A stretch of 64,000 nucleotides of DNA, from positions 186,001 through 250,000 of the forward strand of contig NIVC01000136.1 in assembly GCA_002269645.1 (NCBI GenBank), read 5' to 3'. Of this stretch, positions 11,815 through 22,177 are shown piece after piece (within the stretch, counting starts at the first letter, position 1; each line of letters opens with the position of its first letter). The stretch is from Macrostomum lignano. Its lineage: Eukaryota. The notes below the pieces were generated by a model. The model saw only the letters and a list, made by a program, of their open reading frames with translations. It made no database searches and was not told where the DNA came from. The position numbers and the translations under genes were made by a program.

Positions 11815-11980
11815 TGGTGGCAGTGGTGGGATTCAAAGACCTACCAGGCGGCCTCGAAACAACCCCGAGAAAACCCAAAGTACTTCACTGGTGGCAGCGG
11901 TGGGATTCAAAGACCTACCAGGCTGCCTCGAGACAACCCCGAGAAAACCCAAAGTACTTCACTGGTGGCAGCGGTGGGAT
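11815..11980 (+). promoter_or_regulatory. Three tandem tRNA-Leu primer-binding sites (11815, 11889, 11963; 74-bp period)
   Basis: TGGTGGCAG(C/T)GGTGGGAT(TC) is the reverse complement of the animal tRNA-Leu(AAG/TAG) 3' end plus CCA; each copy follows the LTR end aaagtacttca. Confidence 0.85.
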
Positions 11981-12049
11981 CCGACTTCGAAACACCCAAG
12001 CCAACCGCCCTTTTTCGAGAACGACTCTTCGGTCAGCTACGAGATCAGC

Positions 12050-13225
12050 ATGTTCAACGAGCGAGACGAGAGCCGGAGTAGCAGCCGGCTGGATCAGCAC
12101 ATCAGCAGTTCGAGGCCTGCGGCAGCAGACGCCGCCGCGGCAGCAGCAACGACCGGTGACTTCTGTCAGAGGCCCGCGCCGAGGCGAAGTGTACGAAGCG
12201 AGGTGTCCGAGGACCCGCCAGATGAGCTTCTGCGAGGCTTGGACGACCTTGGCCAGACCGTCAGACCCTTGGACCTGAGGACCATGATGGCAGCTCTGCA
12301 GCAGCAAATAGAGCGACCGGTGAGTAAACAGATTAAGATTGTTAAATTTACTCCAAGTCAGGACATTCATGTCTGGCTTGCCGCGTTCGAGCAGCGTTGC
12401 GAGATGGAGCGAGTCGTCGACCCGTTCGAGATGAAGCAGCACCTCATCGCGAGTCTAGATCTGTCTACTGCGTATCCAGCCCTGCTCAGCATGCATCTGC
12501 CAAGGTTCGCCAGCTACGAGGAGGTTAAACAGCGTTTAATCGAGCGATTTGCGCGCCACGGTGGCGCTGATGAGTATCGAGAGCTTCTAAGGAGGCGTCA
12601 GCAAGGCAAGAATGAGTCAGCAGAAGAGTACGCTGATGCCCTGCGCACCTTGGGAGAGCGAGCGTACCCTCGAATGCACCCTGAGGATCGAGAGCGGGAG
12701 CTGGCTGATCAGTTCCTAGCTGGCATCAGGACGACACCAGATCTGCGCGAGCGGCTCTATTGGGTCCGCCCGAACAATCTGCTGGCCGCTATTCGAGAAC
12801 TCCATCGTCTGGAAGGCGCCAAAGAACTGGCGCAGCGCTCTGCTCAACCCCCGGTTCGCATGCTGAACGGGGAGCGCGACGGTGACCCGACGCCCGACGC
12901 CACCGCTCAAGCTCTCCTAGCTCTGACTGATCTGCTAGAGAAACAGCAGCGACTGCTAGACAACCTGGTGCAGCGTGACCAGCAGCAGAAGACAAGTCCG
13001 CCTGCGAAAGCCATGATCTGCTATGGCTGCGGTCAGCCTGGTCATCGCAATGCACAGTGCCCGTTACGCCAGAACCAGGGAAACGGCGAGACGGAGAGCG
13101 CCCACGGCAACGCCCTCCGCAGAGCCCAAGCCCCGGCTACTTGGCAGACTCCGAACGCTCACCAGAAGAAGAGGATGTCGGCTGCGCAGGCGCCAATGCC
13201 CAGCCCGACAGTCGCGCATCAGTAA
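12050..13225 (+). CDS. gag: Gypsy Gag with C-terminal zinc knuckle
   Basis: CYGCGQPGHRNAQC knuckle; RRQQGKNESAEEYADALR capsid-like motif; first ATG after the PBS array (frame open from 11777). Confidence 0.9.
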   Translation: MFNERDESRSSSRLDQHISSSRPAAADAAAAAATTGDFCQRPAPRRSVRSEVSEDPPDELLRGLDDLGQTVRPLDLRTMMAALQQQIERPVSKQIKIVKFTPSQDIHVWLAAFEQRCEMERVVDPFEMKQHLIASLDLSTAYPALLSMHLPRFASYEEVKQRLIERFARHGGADEYRELLRRRQQGKNESAEEYADALRTLGERAYPRMHPEDRERELADQFLAGIRTTPDLRERLYWVRPNNLLAAIRELHRLEGAKELAQRSAQPPVRMLNGERDGDPTPDATAQALLALTDLLEKQQRLLDNLVQRDQQQKTSPPAKAMICYGCGQPGHRNAQCPLRQNQGNGETESAHGNALRRAQAPATWQTPNAHQKKRMSAAQAPMPSPTVAHQ

Positions 13226-15744
13226 GTGAGGCTGAGTGCGGAGGTTTCGTGGACACCTCCGATGATCAAAAAATCCATGCGCGTGAGGCTGATCCGTACG
13301 TCACCGGCCGATTGGCGGGCCGAGAAGTCCCTTTCCTACTAGACAGCGGCAGTCGGAAAAACTTCCTTGGAGCGTCGACCTGGGCCAATGTTAGACGTCG
13401 GATGCCTCGTTGTATTATATCGCATGCTATCCCGGATTGCGTGACCATGTACGACGGTACGCAGCTACCCCTTGCTTGTAAGGTGATCATTCCGGTGGAG
13501 TTCGGTGATGTCGTCGCGGACACCGAATTCCTGGTCACGGTCACCGATTGTGAAAATTTGCTTGGTATTAATTTCATGCGTGAGCACTGCCAGAACTTGG
13601 ACTTTGCTCAAGGAATGCTAAAGTTCAACAATGGCGCGTGCATTCCCGTTCGCTATTCGCGCCGTGAGCTTCAATCATGCCGGGTGTACACCTCCGAGAA
13701 GTGCACTCTGCCGCCCAGAAGTTCAGCGCTGTTGGCCGTCCAGTTGGATGTCGGCCACCCCGAGAATCGAGGATCGCCATCAATCGTCGAGCTGGTGAAG
13801 TCGAGACTGCACCCCAGCTGCAACACTCTGGAAGCAGCTCCAGCTCTGATGACTATGCCTGAAGGTCGAGGCTACATCGAGGTCGTCAACACTGCAGACT
13901 GCGAGGTGTTCCTGCAGTCGGGCATCCGCGTTGGTGTTGCGACACCACTTAGAACAGCCGACCTGATGTACCTGGAAGAGACGCCGGAACCTGAAGTGCG
14001 ACATTTGCCAAGGAGCCCTGAAGAGTCCAGCACAGCTTGGCTAGAAGAAGTTGAGATCAACAGCGAACTGTCTGAAGACCAACGACAGAGAGTGCGAGAT
14101 CTACTAGTTGAGTGTCAAGCAGCCTTCTCGAAGCACCTGCTAGACGCTGGCCTGACACACCTGGTGACCCACGATATCATCCTGAAGGATCGGACACCAG
14201 TCGCGCTACCACCGCGCAGGATCCCGCCTCATCTGAAGGACAAGTTAGACGCCCTGCTAGACAAGATGCTGACGAAGCACATCATTCGCCCAGCGTATTC
14301 TAGTTACAACTCGCCAATGCTGATAGTGCCCAAGAAGGACGGCAACATCCGGCTGGTGCACGACTTCAGAGCTCTCAACGACAAATGCGTGTACCACCCG
14401 TACCCGCTGCCGCACATTCAGGAGACTTTCGCGAAGCTGCGTGGTGCCCAGTGGTCCTCTAGCTTGGATCTCGCTCAAGGATTCTGGCAGATCCCGCTGC
14501 GCGACTGCGATCAGCACCTGACGGCGTTCTCTGTGATTGACCGCGGACAATTCTGTTTCAATGTTCTACCGATGGGTCTCCACGATAGTCCAGGCAGCTT
14601 TCAGCGTTGCATCAATAAGCTCCTGGACGGCCTGACGCCAAAGACTGCGCTTGGCTACATGGATGACATCGTGGTGCACTCAGTGACCTTCGAGGAGCAG
14701 CCGGACAACCTGCGGACTGTACTCCAGCGGATTATCGCAGCCAACCTCAAGATCAAGCCGAAGAAGTGTCATTTGTTCCTCAAGGAGCTGCATTATTTAG
14801 GTCACGTCGTGACTCCCGACGGCCTGAAGACCTGTGAGGACAAGATTGCACAAATCCGTGATTGGCCCGTGCCACAGTCCGTAACTCAACTGAGACAATT
14901 CCTAGGCCTCGCCAATTACTACCATAAGTTTGTCAACGGCTACGCTGGATATGCTGCGCCACTGCATGCCCTGACTCGAAAGGACATCGGCAGCCTGCGG
15001 CAGCATTGGACTGATGAGCACCAGGTAGCGTTCGACACGTTGAAGAAGAAGTTGTGTTCGACTGAAGTTCTCGCTCTGCCTGAGTTTAACTCAGATCCTG
15101 ATGTGAAGTTTGTCCTCGACACTGATGCCTCAGACATTCGCATAGGCGCTTGCCTTGGACAACGGCAATCCGACGGCGTCGAGCGCCCAATTGCATTCTT
15201 TAGCCGGAAACTTCGTGATCCTGAGAAGCGCTACACGGTTACGAAGAAAGAGCTGCTTGCAATCGTGGACGCCATGCGACATTTCCGTCATTATGTAATT
15301 GGCAAGAAGTTTGAAGTTCGTTCTGACCATCGAGCCTTGCTGTGGCTGCTGAACCAGACGCAGGTCACAGGCATCTTGGGCCGTTGGATTGAGCGACTGA
15401 GCGAGTTCCGCTTCCAGCTTCACCATCGCAAAGGCAAGGACCACGCCAACGCTGACGCCCTGTCAAGACGCCCGGAGACACCACCGGTTGACTTTGAGCA
15501 CGGCCGACTGCTTGAGCATCCCGATTCTGCAGCCCGACACGATGATGACACCAGCTTGGAGCCGGACTTGGAAGGCCACTGCAAGACCAGCCCTTTCGAA
15601 GAAGGTCCGCACTCGCAACAAGGAGGCCAAGACTGCCCTGGCCGAAGCCCTGAAGGCCACCGCGCCAGCAGCCCTTCAGCACGACGACCATCGCCGCAGT
15701 CAATGCCCGGAGACCGGTTTGGACACCAACCCGGAGGCCACTGA
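13057..15744 (+). CDS. pol: Gypsy Pol: protease, reverse transcriptase, RNase H
   Basis: FLLDSGS protease; GYMDDIV RT; LDTDASD/ELLAIV/SDH RNase H; HANADALSR. Confidence 0.95.
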   Translation: MPVTPEPGKRRDGERPRQRPPQSPSPGYLADSERSPEEEDVGCAGANAQPDSRASVSEAECGGFVDTSDDQKIHAREADPYVTGRLAGREVPFLLDSGSRKNFLGASTWANVRRRMPRCIISHAIPDCVTMYDGTQLPLACKVIIPVEFGDVVADTEFLVTVTDCENLLGINFMREHCQNLDFAQGMLKFNNGACIPVRYSRRELQSCRVYTSEKCTLPPRSSALLAVQLDVGHPENRGSPSIVELVKSRLHPSCNTLEAAPALMTMPEGRGYIEVVNTADCEVFLQSGIRVGVATPLRTADLMYLEETPEPEVRHLPRSPEESSTAWLEEVEINSELSEDQRQRVRDLLVECQAAFSKHLLDAGLTHLVTHDIILKDRTPVALPPRRIPPHLKDKLDALLDKMLTKHIIRPAYSSYNSPMLIVPKKDGNIRLVHDFRALNDKCVYHPYPLPHIQETFAKLRGAQWSSSLDLAQGFWQIPLRDCDQHLTAFSVIDRGQFCFNVLPMGLHDSPGSFQRCINKLLDGLTPKTALGYMDDIVVHSVTFEEQPDNLRTVLQRIIAANLKIKPKKCHLFLKELHYLGHVVTPDGLKTCEDKIAQIRDWPVPQSVTQLRQFLGLANYYHKFVNGYAGYAAPLHALTRKDIGSLRQHWTDEHQVAFDTLKKKLCSTEVLALPEFNSDPDVKFVLDTDASDIRIGACLGQRQSDGVERPIAFFSRKLRDPEKRYTVTKKELLAIVDAMRHFRHYVIGKKFEVRSDHRALLWLLNQTQVTGILGRWIERLSEFRFQLHHRKGKDHANADALSRRPETPPVDFEHGRLLEHPDSAARHDDDTSLEPDLEGHCKTSPFEEGPHSQQGGQDCPGRSPEGHRASSPSARRPSPQSMPGDRFGHQPGGH
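13078..13119 (+). promoter_or_regulatory. Predicted -1 programmed ribosomal frameshift signal
   Basis: In-frame slippery heptamer G GGA AAC, 7-nt spacer, stem cggagagcg/cgccctccg (8 of 9 pairs); pol is in the -1 frame. Confidence 0.75.
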
Positions 15745-17240
15745 CACCTCAGCCCTCCGCAGCGATGCCAACGCCGACTGCCGATGCTTGGAGATTCGCC
15801 CAGACGAAGCCTCGGAGGCTCCTGCTGACGTAGACCTCCTTGACGATGTCCAAGACTGCGGGTCTCGGAACCTGGAGACGCCCATGGACTACGACTCAGA
15901 GGCCACTGAACAAGCAGCCCTACTGATGACAGCCCACAACGCGAATCCAGACCAGCAATGTAAGTTCAACTCCCCGGAGTTTTGCGCTGAGAGTTCTCGC
16001 CGTGTTGACAGAGGCCAGACTCTCGCGACGGCTGCAAGGTCAACGCTCTGTCCCCCGAGCCGACAGACAGCTGCTCATCGCCTGTGCGGAAAGTCGAGTC
16101 CCCCTTTGCGACACCGCCCAGTGCTGGAGAAGACTCACCCAATGACGACGATGATCGAGCCGACGGCTACGGCTGCCTGCGACGAGGCGTGCTTCACGTG
16201 TTGCGTCTCGCCCTACAGCCAAGAGTCGCCTGGGCTGTGCAGTGGAGGCAAGTGCACTGCTCCAGCTGCAGAAATTCCTGTCAAGAGAGCGATGATGAGA
16301 ACTTCGAAACGAGATCAGCGATCGTACGCCGACGTTGTGAGACAAAGTCCCTCGGAGCGACCTAATCCTGACGCCGACAAGACGGAGTCGTGTCATCAAC
16401 TGCGAGCCAAAGAAGCGGAGACTGCGGGAGTCATGAACCCTCAGCCATGCCGCGCCGTGCTCACTGATTTTCTGAGGTTGCCGATGACGCGGCAACAGTT
16501 TGTCGACGCGCAGCACGCCGACAGAGCTATCAGCTACGTGCTCAATCTGGTTAAGAACGAAGCCCCGAAGCAAGAGTTCGATGCCCGATTGCGCCTGTCG
16601 AAGGAGCAGCGGAACCTGCTCGGTTATTTTGAGAATTTGCGAGTGGAGGACGACTTGTTGATGATCGACCTAACTGACGGTCAGCAATCCCCGAAGGTTA
16701 TCCTGCCCGAAGCCCTCGAGGCCCAGGTGCTCCAGGAGCTCCACAGTTCGCCACTGTGTGGTCACCTAGGCCAGACAAAAACGCTGAAACGACTGCGAGA
16801 AAGATTCTGGCGGCCCGGATTAGCCCGTGTCACCGAGAATTTTATCAGCAGATGCCGTGCCTGTCTTGAAAGCAAATCGCGAAGGCGAGACAAAGTTCCA
16901 GTTCAAAGCTTCCCAGTCTGCGAAGTACTAGGAAGAGTACACTGCGATGTAGTAGGCCCTATTGCCCAGAAGAGCAAGAGCGGGAACCGCTACATATAAC
17001 GTCGAAGTACCCGTTCGCCTACCCGATGAGGAACCAAAAAGCCAAGACTATCATCAAGATCCTGCAGGAGCGCCTCATCCCAGATTTCGGCGTACCCTGC
17101 TGGATCCACATGGACCAAGGCACCAACTTCACCGGCTCCGCCTTCAAGAAGTTTTGCAACCTGTTTGGCATCCGACATACTACAACAACACCGTACAACC
17201 CAGCTTCCAACGGTCAAGTCGAGAACCTCAACTCTTTAGT
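15488..17240 (+). pseudogene. pol: Long spacer plus disrupted, truncated integrase
   Basis: HSSPLCGH...CRAC zinc finger; HCDVVGP, MDQGTNF, GQVENLN triad; frameshift after RH; small deletion at ~17000; ends abruptly in AT-rich DNA. Confidence 0.88.
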
Positions 17241-18974
17241 AGAGCATTTTCAATTTTAAAATGTCTTTTAATGATCAATACATACTTTAATTAATATAAT
17301 GTTTTTAAAATATAAATAATAATATCTAGATATTCAAAATAAAATTAACTTAATTATTATGATTCATAAATTAATAAAAAATAAACCTAGGCCATGGCTG
17401 ACATTAGCAGGGGGCCCTTGTCTTTTAATAATAAACAATACTTAAATTAGGAGCTAACCACTAGGTGCTCAGGCCTCAAGTAAAGTGAACAGTCATAAGT
17501 TGAATTAAGGATTTAAGACTAAAATGAAAACTAGGCTTATGGAGTTATGTTTTCATCAATAAATAATAAAAATAAATTTTCATAAGACTTTCTATTTAAG
17601 CTAGGCCTAATAGTCATAATCACTAGAATATTTATTACAAAACAAAAAACACACGGTCTACATTAACAAGAGTATTAAATCATTTTATTTAATTTTCTAT
17701 TTGGTTGTGATTTGATTTATGAGTACCACTGCACACTAGGCCTATATGCAGCACACCAATGCCGCGCAGCAGCACACAATTTGCAAGCCAGTGGAAATGG
17801 CTCCACGCTGTGCTGTGCGCGGCGCAGATATTCCTAGGGCCATCCACGCGGAAATTTTCATGAAAAAGGCATCTACATTCTACGTGACTATGGGAATATT
17901 GTAAAATGGAAAATGTAAACCCTGTACTGTAAACTATGCAAATGTATATGTAAACTAGCCTATCATTATTTTAACAGGACGTATTTTAGCATCTAGCAGG
18001 CTTCGAAGTTAAGTATATAGGCCTAGCCTGTAGTTTTTTGTCAATGCATTGCTTAAATATTATATTAATATTATATATTATAATCGAATTTGAATGCATT
18101 TCCTATTTATCAGGCCTGGTTTTTGATGAATAAAAATCACAGAAGAAAAATATTCAAGCTGTGACGTCATAGAAGCAAAATACGATGGATATTGTTACAA
18201 ATTGTTCTGGAGTCTTAGCCCTGTACACTGTACTGTACTTTATTGAGACAGATTTATCAGTTGCCGAAATAGTTTTCGAAGAAAACAGTCGGTTTGAATT
18301 TATGTAGTATCCACGTAACACCGTTGTGCATTAAAAAATTGTTAATTGTTTTCATGGTTGCCAGTACCAGCTGTTTGACGGCCAGTTTTTATTAAATGTC
18401 AGCAATATTCAACCCTTTCTTGTTATCCCGCCTATTTCTTTGATCCGACAAAATGTGGATTGCCGGTTCATGATACGGAGTACTCGTCCATGTTACACAT
18501 TTACATGGAACAAATGAACCGTACAGTTGCTACTGTTGTCACCGTTTGCATGTAATAGCATATACGAGTATAAGCGCAATTTAATCCAATTACAATACAA
18601 TACTCGAGAATATATTGAGCTGCACATAACAGACTGAACTGCTGTAATTTTTTAGATTTAGATGTATTTTACAATTTGCATTTTGTACACCATGGCGTAA
18701 TACATATTATGACGCAATCATGACGTTTGTTTTTTAATATTTCATTTGTTAATTCAAAATCCACCCCATTTATTAAACAGCCCTGCCTAGCTCAGCTTTT
18801 CTGCGAGCCTATACAGCTGTATTCCCCAATCCAGCTTAATATGCCTTTTTTTCTCTCCTTACCCTTAACCAGCCTATCAGTAGCTTTGATCCTTCACTAT
18901 GCGCTGATTGGCTTGCTGCCGTCTGCTCTCTGCCACCCCATTTTGGTCTGGTACTTATTTTGCCGCATCTAGCT

Positions 18975-19190
18975 TTAGCACCAGGGGCTTTTAGCACCAG
19001 AGGCTTAGCACCATATGGGCTTTTGCACCAGGGGTTTTAGCACCAGGGCTTTAGCACCAGGGGCTTTAGCACCAGGGGCTTTAGCACCAGGGGCTTTAGC
19101 ACCAGGGGCTTTAGCACCCAGGGGCTTTAGCACAAGGGCTTTTAGCACCACCTTAGCACCAGCAGGGACGCCAGCACCAGAGGACGCGTG
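18975..19190. repeat. 15-bp tandem repeat (TTAGCACCAGGGGCT)
   Basis: Direct reading. Confidence 0.92.
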
Positions 19191-21043
19191 TACAATGAGT
19201 AAAAGAGCTGCTTATGCATGCAAAATACATGCAAAAAAAGTAGGGCACATCATTTTTGGAAGGCAATATTATAAGCAGACGAAAATGCAGGCTGTAAACA
19301 TTTACCTGCTATAGTACATGTGCTTTGTGTGTGGCCCCTAAAATGGTTTGCGTACACTTCATATCCTTAAACGTGTCGACAACCTGTAGGATTTTATGTT
19401 AAGCAATTAGAACACTAAACCTTTTGATAAAAACTGTTACAGCAACAATTAAAAAAATTGACTATATATACATATATAGCGGCCATATTCAGAATCGAAA
19501 TGCATACATGTAGAAAATGCAGGACATTTTTCACTAATGCCGTTCGGAGGTCCCGCAAATGCAGCTGTTTTTACTTCGCAGTTATAATCCTCGCTAAACA
19601 AAAATCCAAACATCCAAACCCCGTCTCTAAAGAGTCTGCAAACTCGCGAACAGCTGGTTGAGTAGTGCGTGGTTGTACTGTCATGAGGATTACGAAAGTT
19701 CAGTAGCTCTTTTAGGACAGGCGCCCTGCTGCATCTGATTATTGAACTTTTTGTTGGCTAAGTTCATAGTGCATGGATCGCTACAGGTGTTATGCAGTAC
19801 ACGATTGTCCTACAGGTCGAAAAACAAGGATCACAATCGTACAGAAATCGGCATCGTTGGATTAGTAGGGTAAACCGACAAAACACGGAAATGATGCATG
19901 GAACAAGAAGTGTACAATAAAAGTGCAACTGCCGAACTGTCTCTCCACTTTTCTCTGGCTCTTTCTTTTTCGCTGTGGTTTTTTTCTTTTAACGATTTTT
20001 CGTTACAATATTACCAATTTAGATGCCCACGTACCCCCCACCCAACCGAATCCACGCGACCTGTCGACATAAATACAGCAACAAAATTATTGCATGTCTT
20101 CACAAATTTACACTAGTTGCAAACAGGATGCAACTTACTGAGTAAAAAATATCGGCTTAACTCTTGGCTAAAGTATAAGTACTCGTGTACTTTTGTGCTA
20201 AACAAGCTATAAAATTGAGTCGTGTCAAAGCAGGCCGTTTTGCCAAACGCAGACAAAGGACAAATAACTACTTGAAGTACGTTGGTGGGCGGCTCAAATG
20301 AGTGAGCGTTGAGAGCACCTCGCTATAATTCGAAAAAAAAAATTAAGAGAAGAAGACGAGACAGGACCAGAAAAATACAGTGAGTGAGCACAATGAAAAT
20401 TTACTCAGAGCGCGTCTCCGTTTCCATGCCAAAAATATCAGTTGCTCTGTGTGGCACGAACTGCGTCGCAGAGTTTGGCACTGACGTGAGTGTACAATCG
20501 CTCTGCAATCTCACCCATTCATTTCTGTCTAAACCCTTCTGCGTACACGTTTTCCGTCCATTTGAGCATAGCGGAGTCGACGGAGTGCCATTCTTTGCAT
20601 TAGACGGCGCAGCGGAACAAGGCTGAGACAGACGGACAGACAGAGCAAGAGAGGGAGCCGCTCACCCAAGCCACAGCGGTCAGGCACACAGAAACAGAAC
20701 TAGAGGGGGGAGGCCGTGAGAGAGCTGTAGAGAAAATCTTACAGAGCTCCCTGTTCACCGGCCTCAGCTCAGAGTGAGTTCCCGTCTTCCCCGCTAAACC
20801 CTTACTCTTCTCATCCCCTACAAATTCCTGTCCCGGCAACTCCTGGTACTCAGTGCAGCTGAGTCAGTCCCAGCGATCCACCCAAACGCATTCGTACCAC
20901 CAGGCACAGGAGTGTTATTTCTAGCCTAAACATGGATTATCCCGAATCATAAGCTTTGTGATTGTGCACGATTTTTTTCCGCTGCCTTTCGGTAACAGCA
21001 ATCGCTAGCAAACCTCCTACCGGAGGGGCTCTGGCTGCCAGCC

Positions 21044-22177
21044 ATGCTGTGCCTAGACGAAGGAACGCCAGTAGTGATGGCACTCTGCCTCCTGGGCGCG
21101 GTACTCTTCATCGTTGGCGGCAGCTTCTGGGGCAGCGGCGACTACAACGATGATAGGCAGAAAACCATCAGCGGCATCGTGATGTTTTCCTTGAGTATTC
21201 TGCTCCTGTGTCTGGCTGGTCTCGGCTGCTGGTGCAACAGGTTCTTCTGCACGCCCGACAGGAAGTCCCAGATCGCTTTGAAGTTGTACGGCCCACGACC
21301 GCCGATGCCGCCAGCGGATGACCTGCCGGAAGACGCTGCCACCACCAATTCAAACAGGGGAGACGGCGGCTCTGTGCTGGCTGAGTCGGTAACGGAATCC
21401 CGAGCTAAGGATCCCGACTGGGAAGAGTACGCTGGCACCAGTTCCTACCGCAGCTTCCGGTCTGGAAGGAATTCAACACGTGGCAAGTCGCGAAGAGCCA
21501 GCTTCCGACGGGACAAAGTGACGCCCTCAAGTTCGGAGCCCGGCCAGTGGCACAGCAACGGCCGAACACAGCGCCAGAAGCTGCCAACTCCGCCGGACAT
21601 GACGCCGCCGCCACTGCCGCCCCACCCGGCAACTGATTACGACATCACAATTGAAAGCAATCACAGAATTGTACCGGTTGAATTCGCCTTACCTAATCAG
21701 CAGTTTATGTACAGCAACAACCACCAAACAGATCAAAGAAGCCATCAGAATATTGTCCGACCGATGACATCGGTGTCACCAGAACAGGACATTAGCTCAA
21801 CCAGACAGCCGATGCCATACACGCAGCAGCAACAACAGCAGAGACTGATCGAATTCAACGCTAGAAGCGACAGACGAAATGTCGAAGAATATCAGCAGCG
21901 AAGCTGCGACTCTCCTCAGTACCGACAGACGGAGGACAGCAGTCGATACTTGCAGCAACAACAGCAGCAGCCCAGATACATTCAACAGCCTTTGAAAGTG
22001 ACGCCACACATATCCGTCAACAACTATAGCAGCCGTGCTGGTTCTGGTGACGCAATCAGTCAAGCGAGAGTCATTGACAACGATGTGCGCGTAAGTGGCG
22101 ACGGAGTCGGCAGATCGACTCATCGACCGGATGGTTCCAACGATAGCCTTCGAATTGGCGGTTCATTGAACACGTAA
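21044..22177 (+). CDS. Single-exon two-TM membrane protein with long disordered P/Q/S-rich tail (377 aa)
   Basis: Kozak-like gccATGc; two hydrophobic helices separated by a short GSGDYNDDRQK loop; juxtamembrane CWC..FFC; no family recognised. Confidence 0.8.
   Translation: MLCLDEGTPVVMALCLLGAVLFIVGGSFWGSGDYNDDRQKTISGIVMFSLSILLLCLAGLGCWCNRFFCTPDRKSQIALKLYGPRPPMPPADDLPEDAATTNSNRGDGGSVLAESVTESRAKDPDWEEYAGTSSYRSFRSGRNSTRGKSRRASFRRDKVTPSSSEPGQWHSNGRTQRQKLPTPPDMTPPPLPPHPATDYDITIESNHRIVPVEFALPNQQFMYSNNHQTDQRSHQNIVRPMTSVSPEQDISSTRQPMPYTQQQQQQRLIEFNARSDRRNVEEYQQRSCDSPQYRQTEDSSRYLQQQQQQPRYIQQPLKVTPHISVNNYSSRAGSGDAISQARVIDNDVRVSGDGVGRSTHRPDGSNDSLRIGGSLNT

Larger units (their letters stand above)
10753..17240 (+). 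mobile_element. Ty3/Gypsy LTR retrotransposon, 3'-truncated inside integrase (no 3' LTR)
   Basis: 5' LTR, PBS, gag with CCHC, PR-RT-RH-IN order. Confidence 0.95.

Noticed and set aside
17250-18700. Possible DNA transposon that truncated the first Gypsy element
   Set aside because: AT-rich with no TIRs, TSD or transposase motif that I could identify
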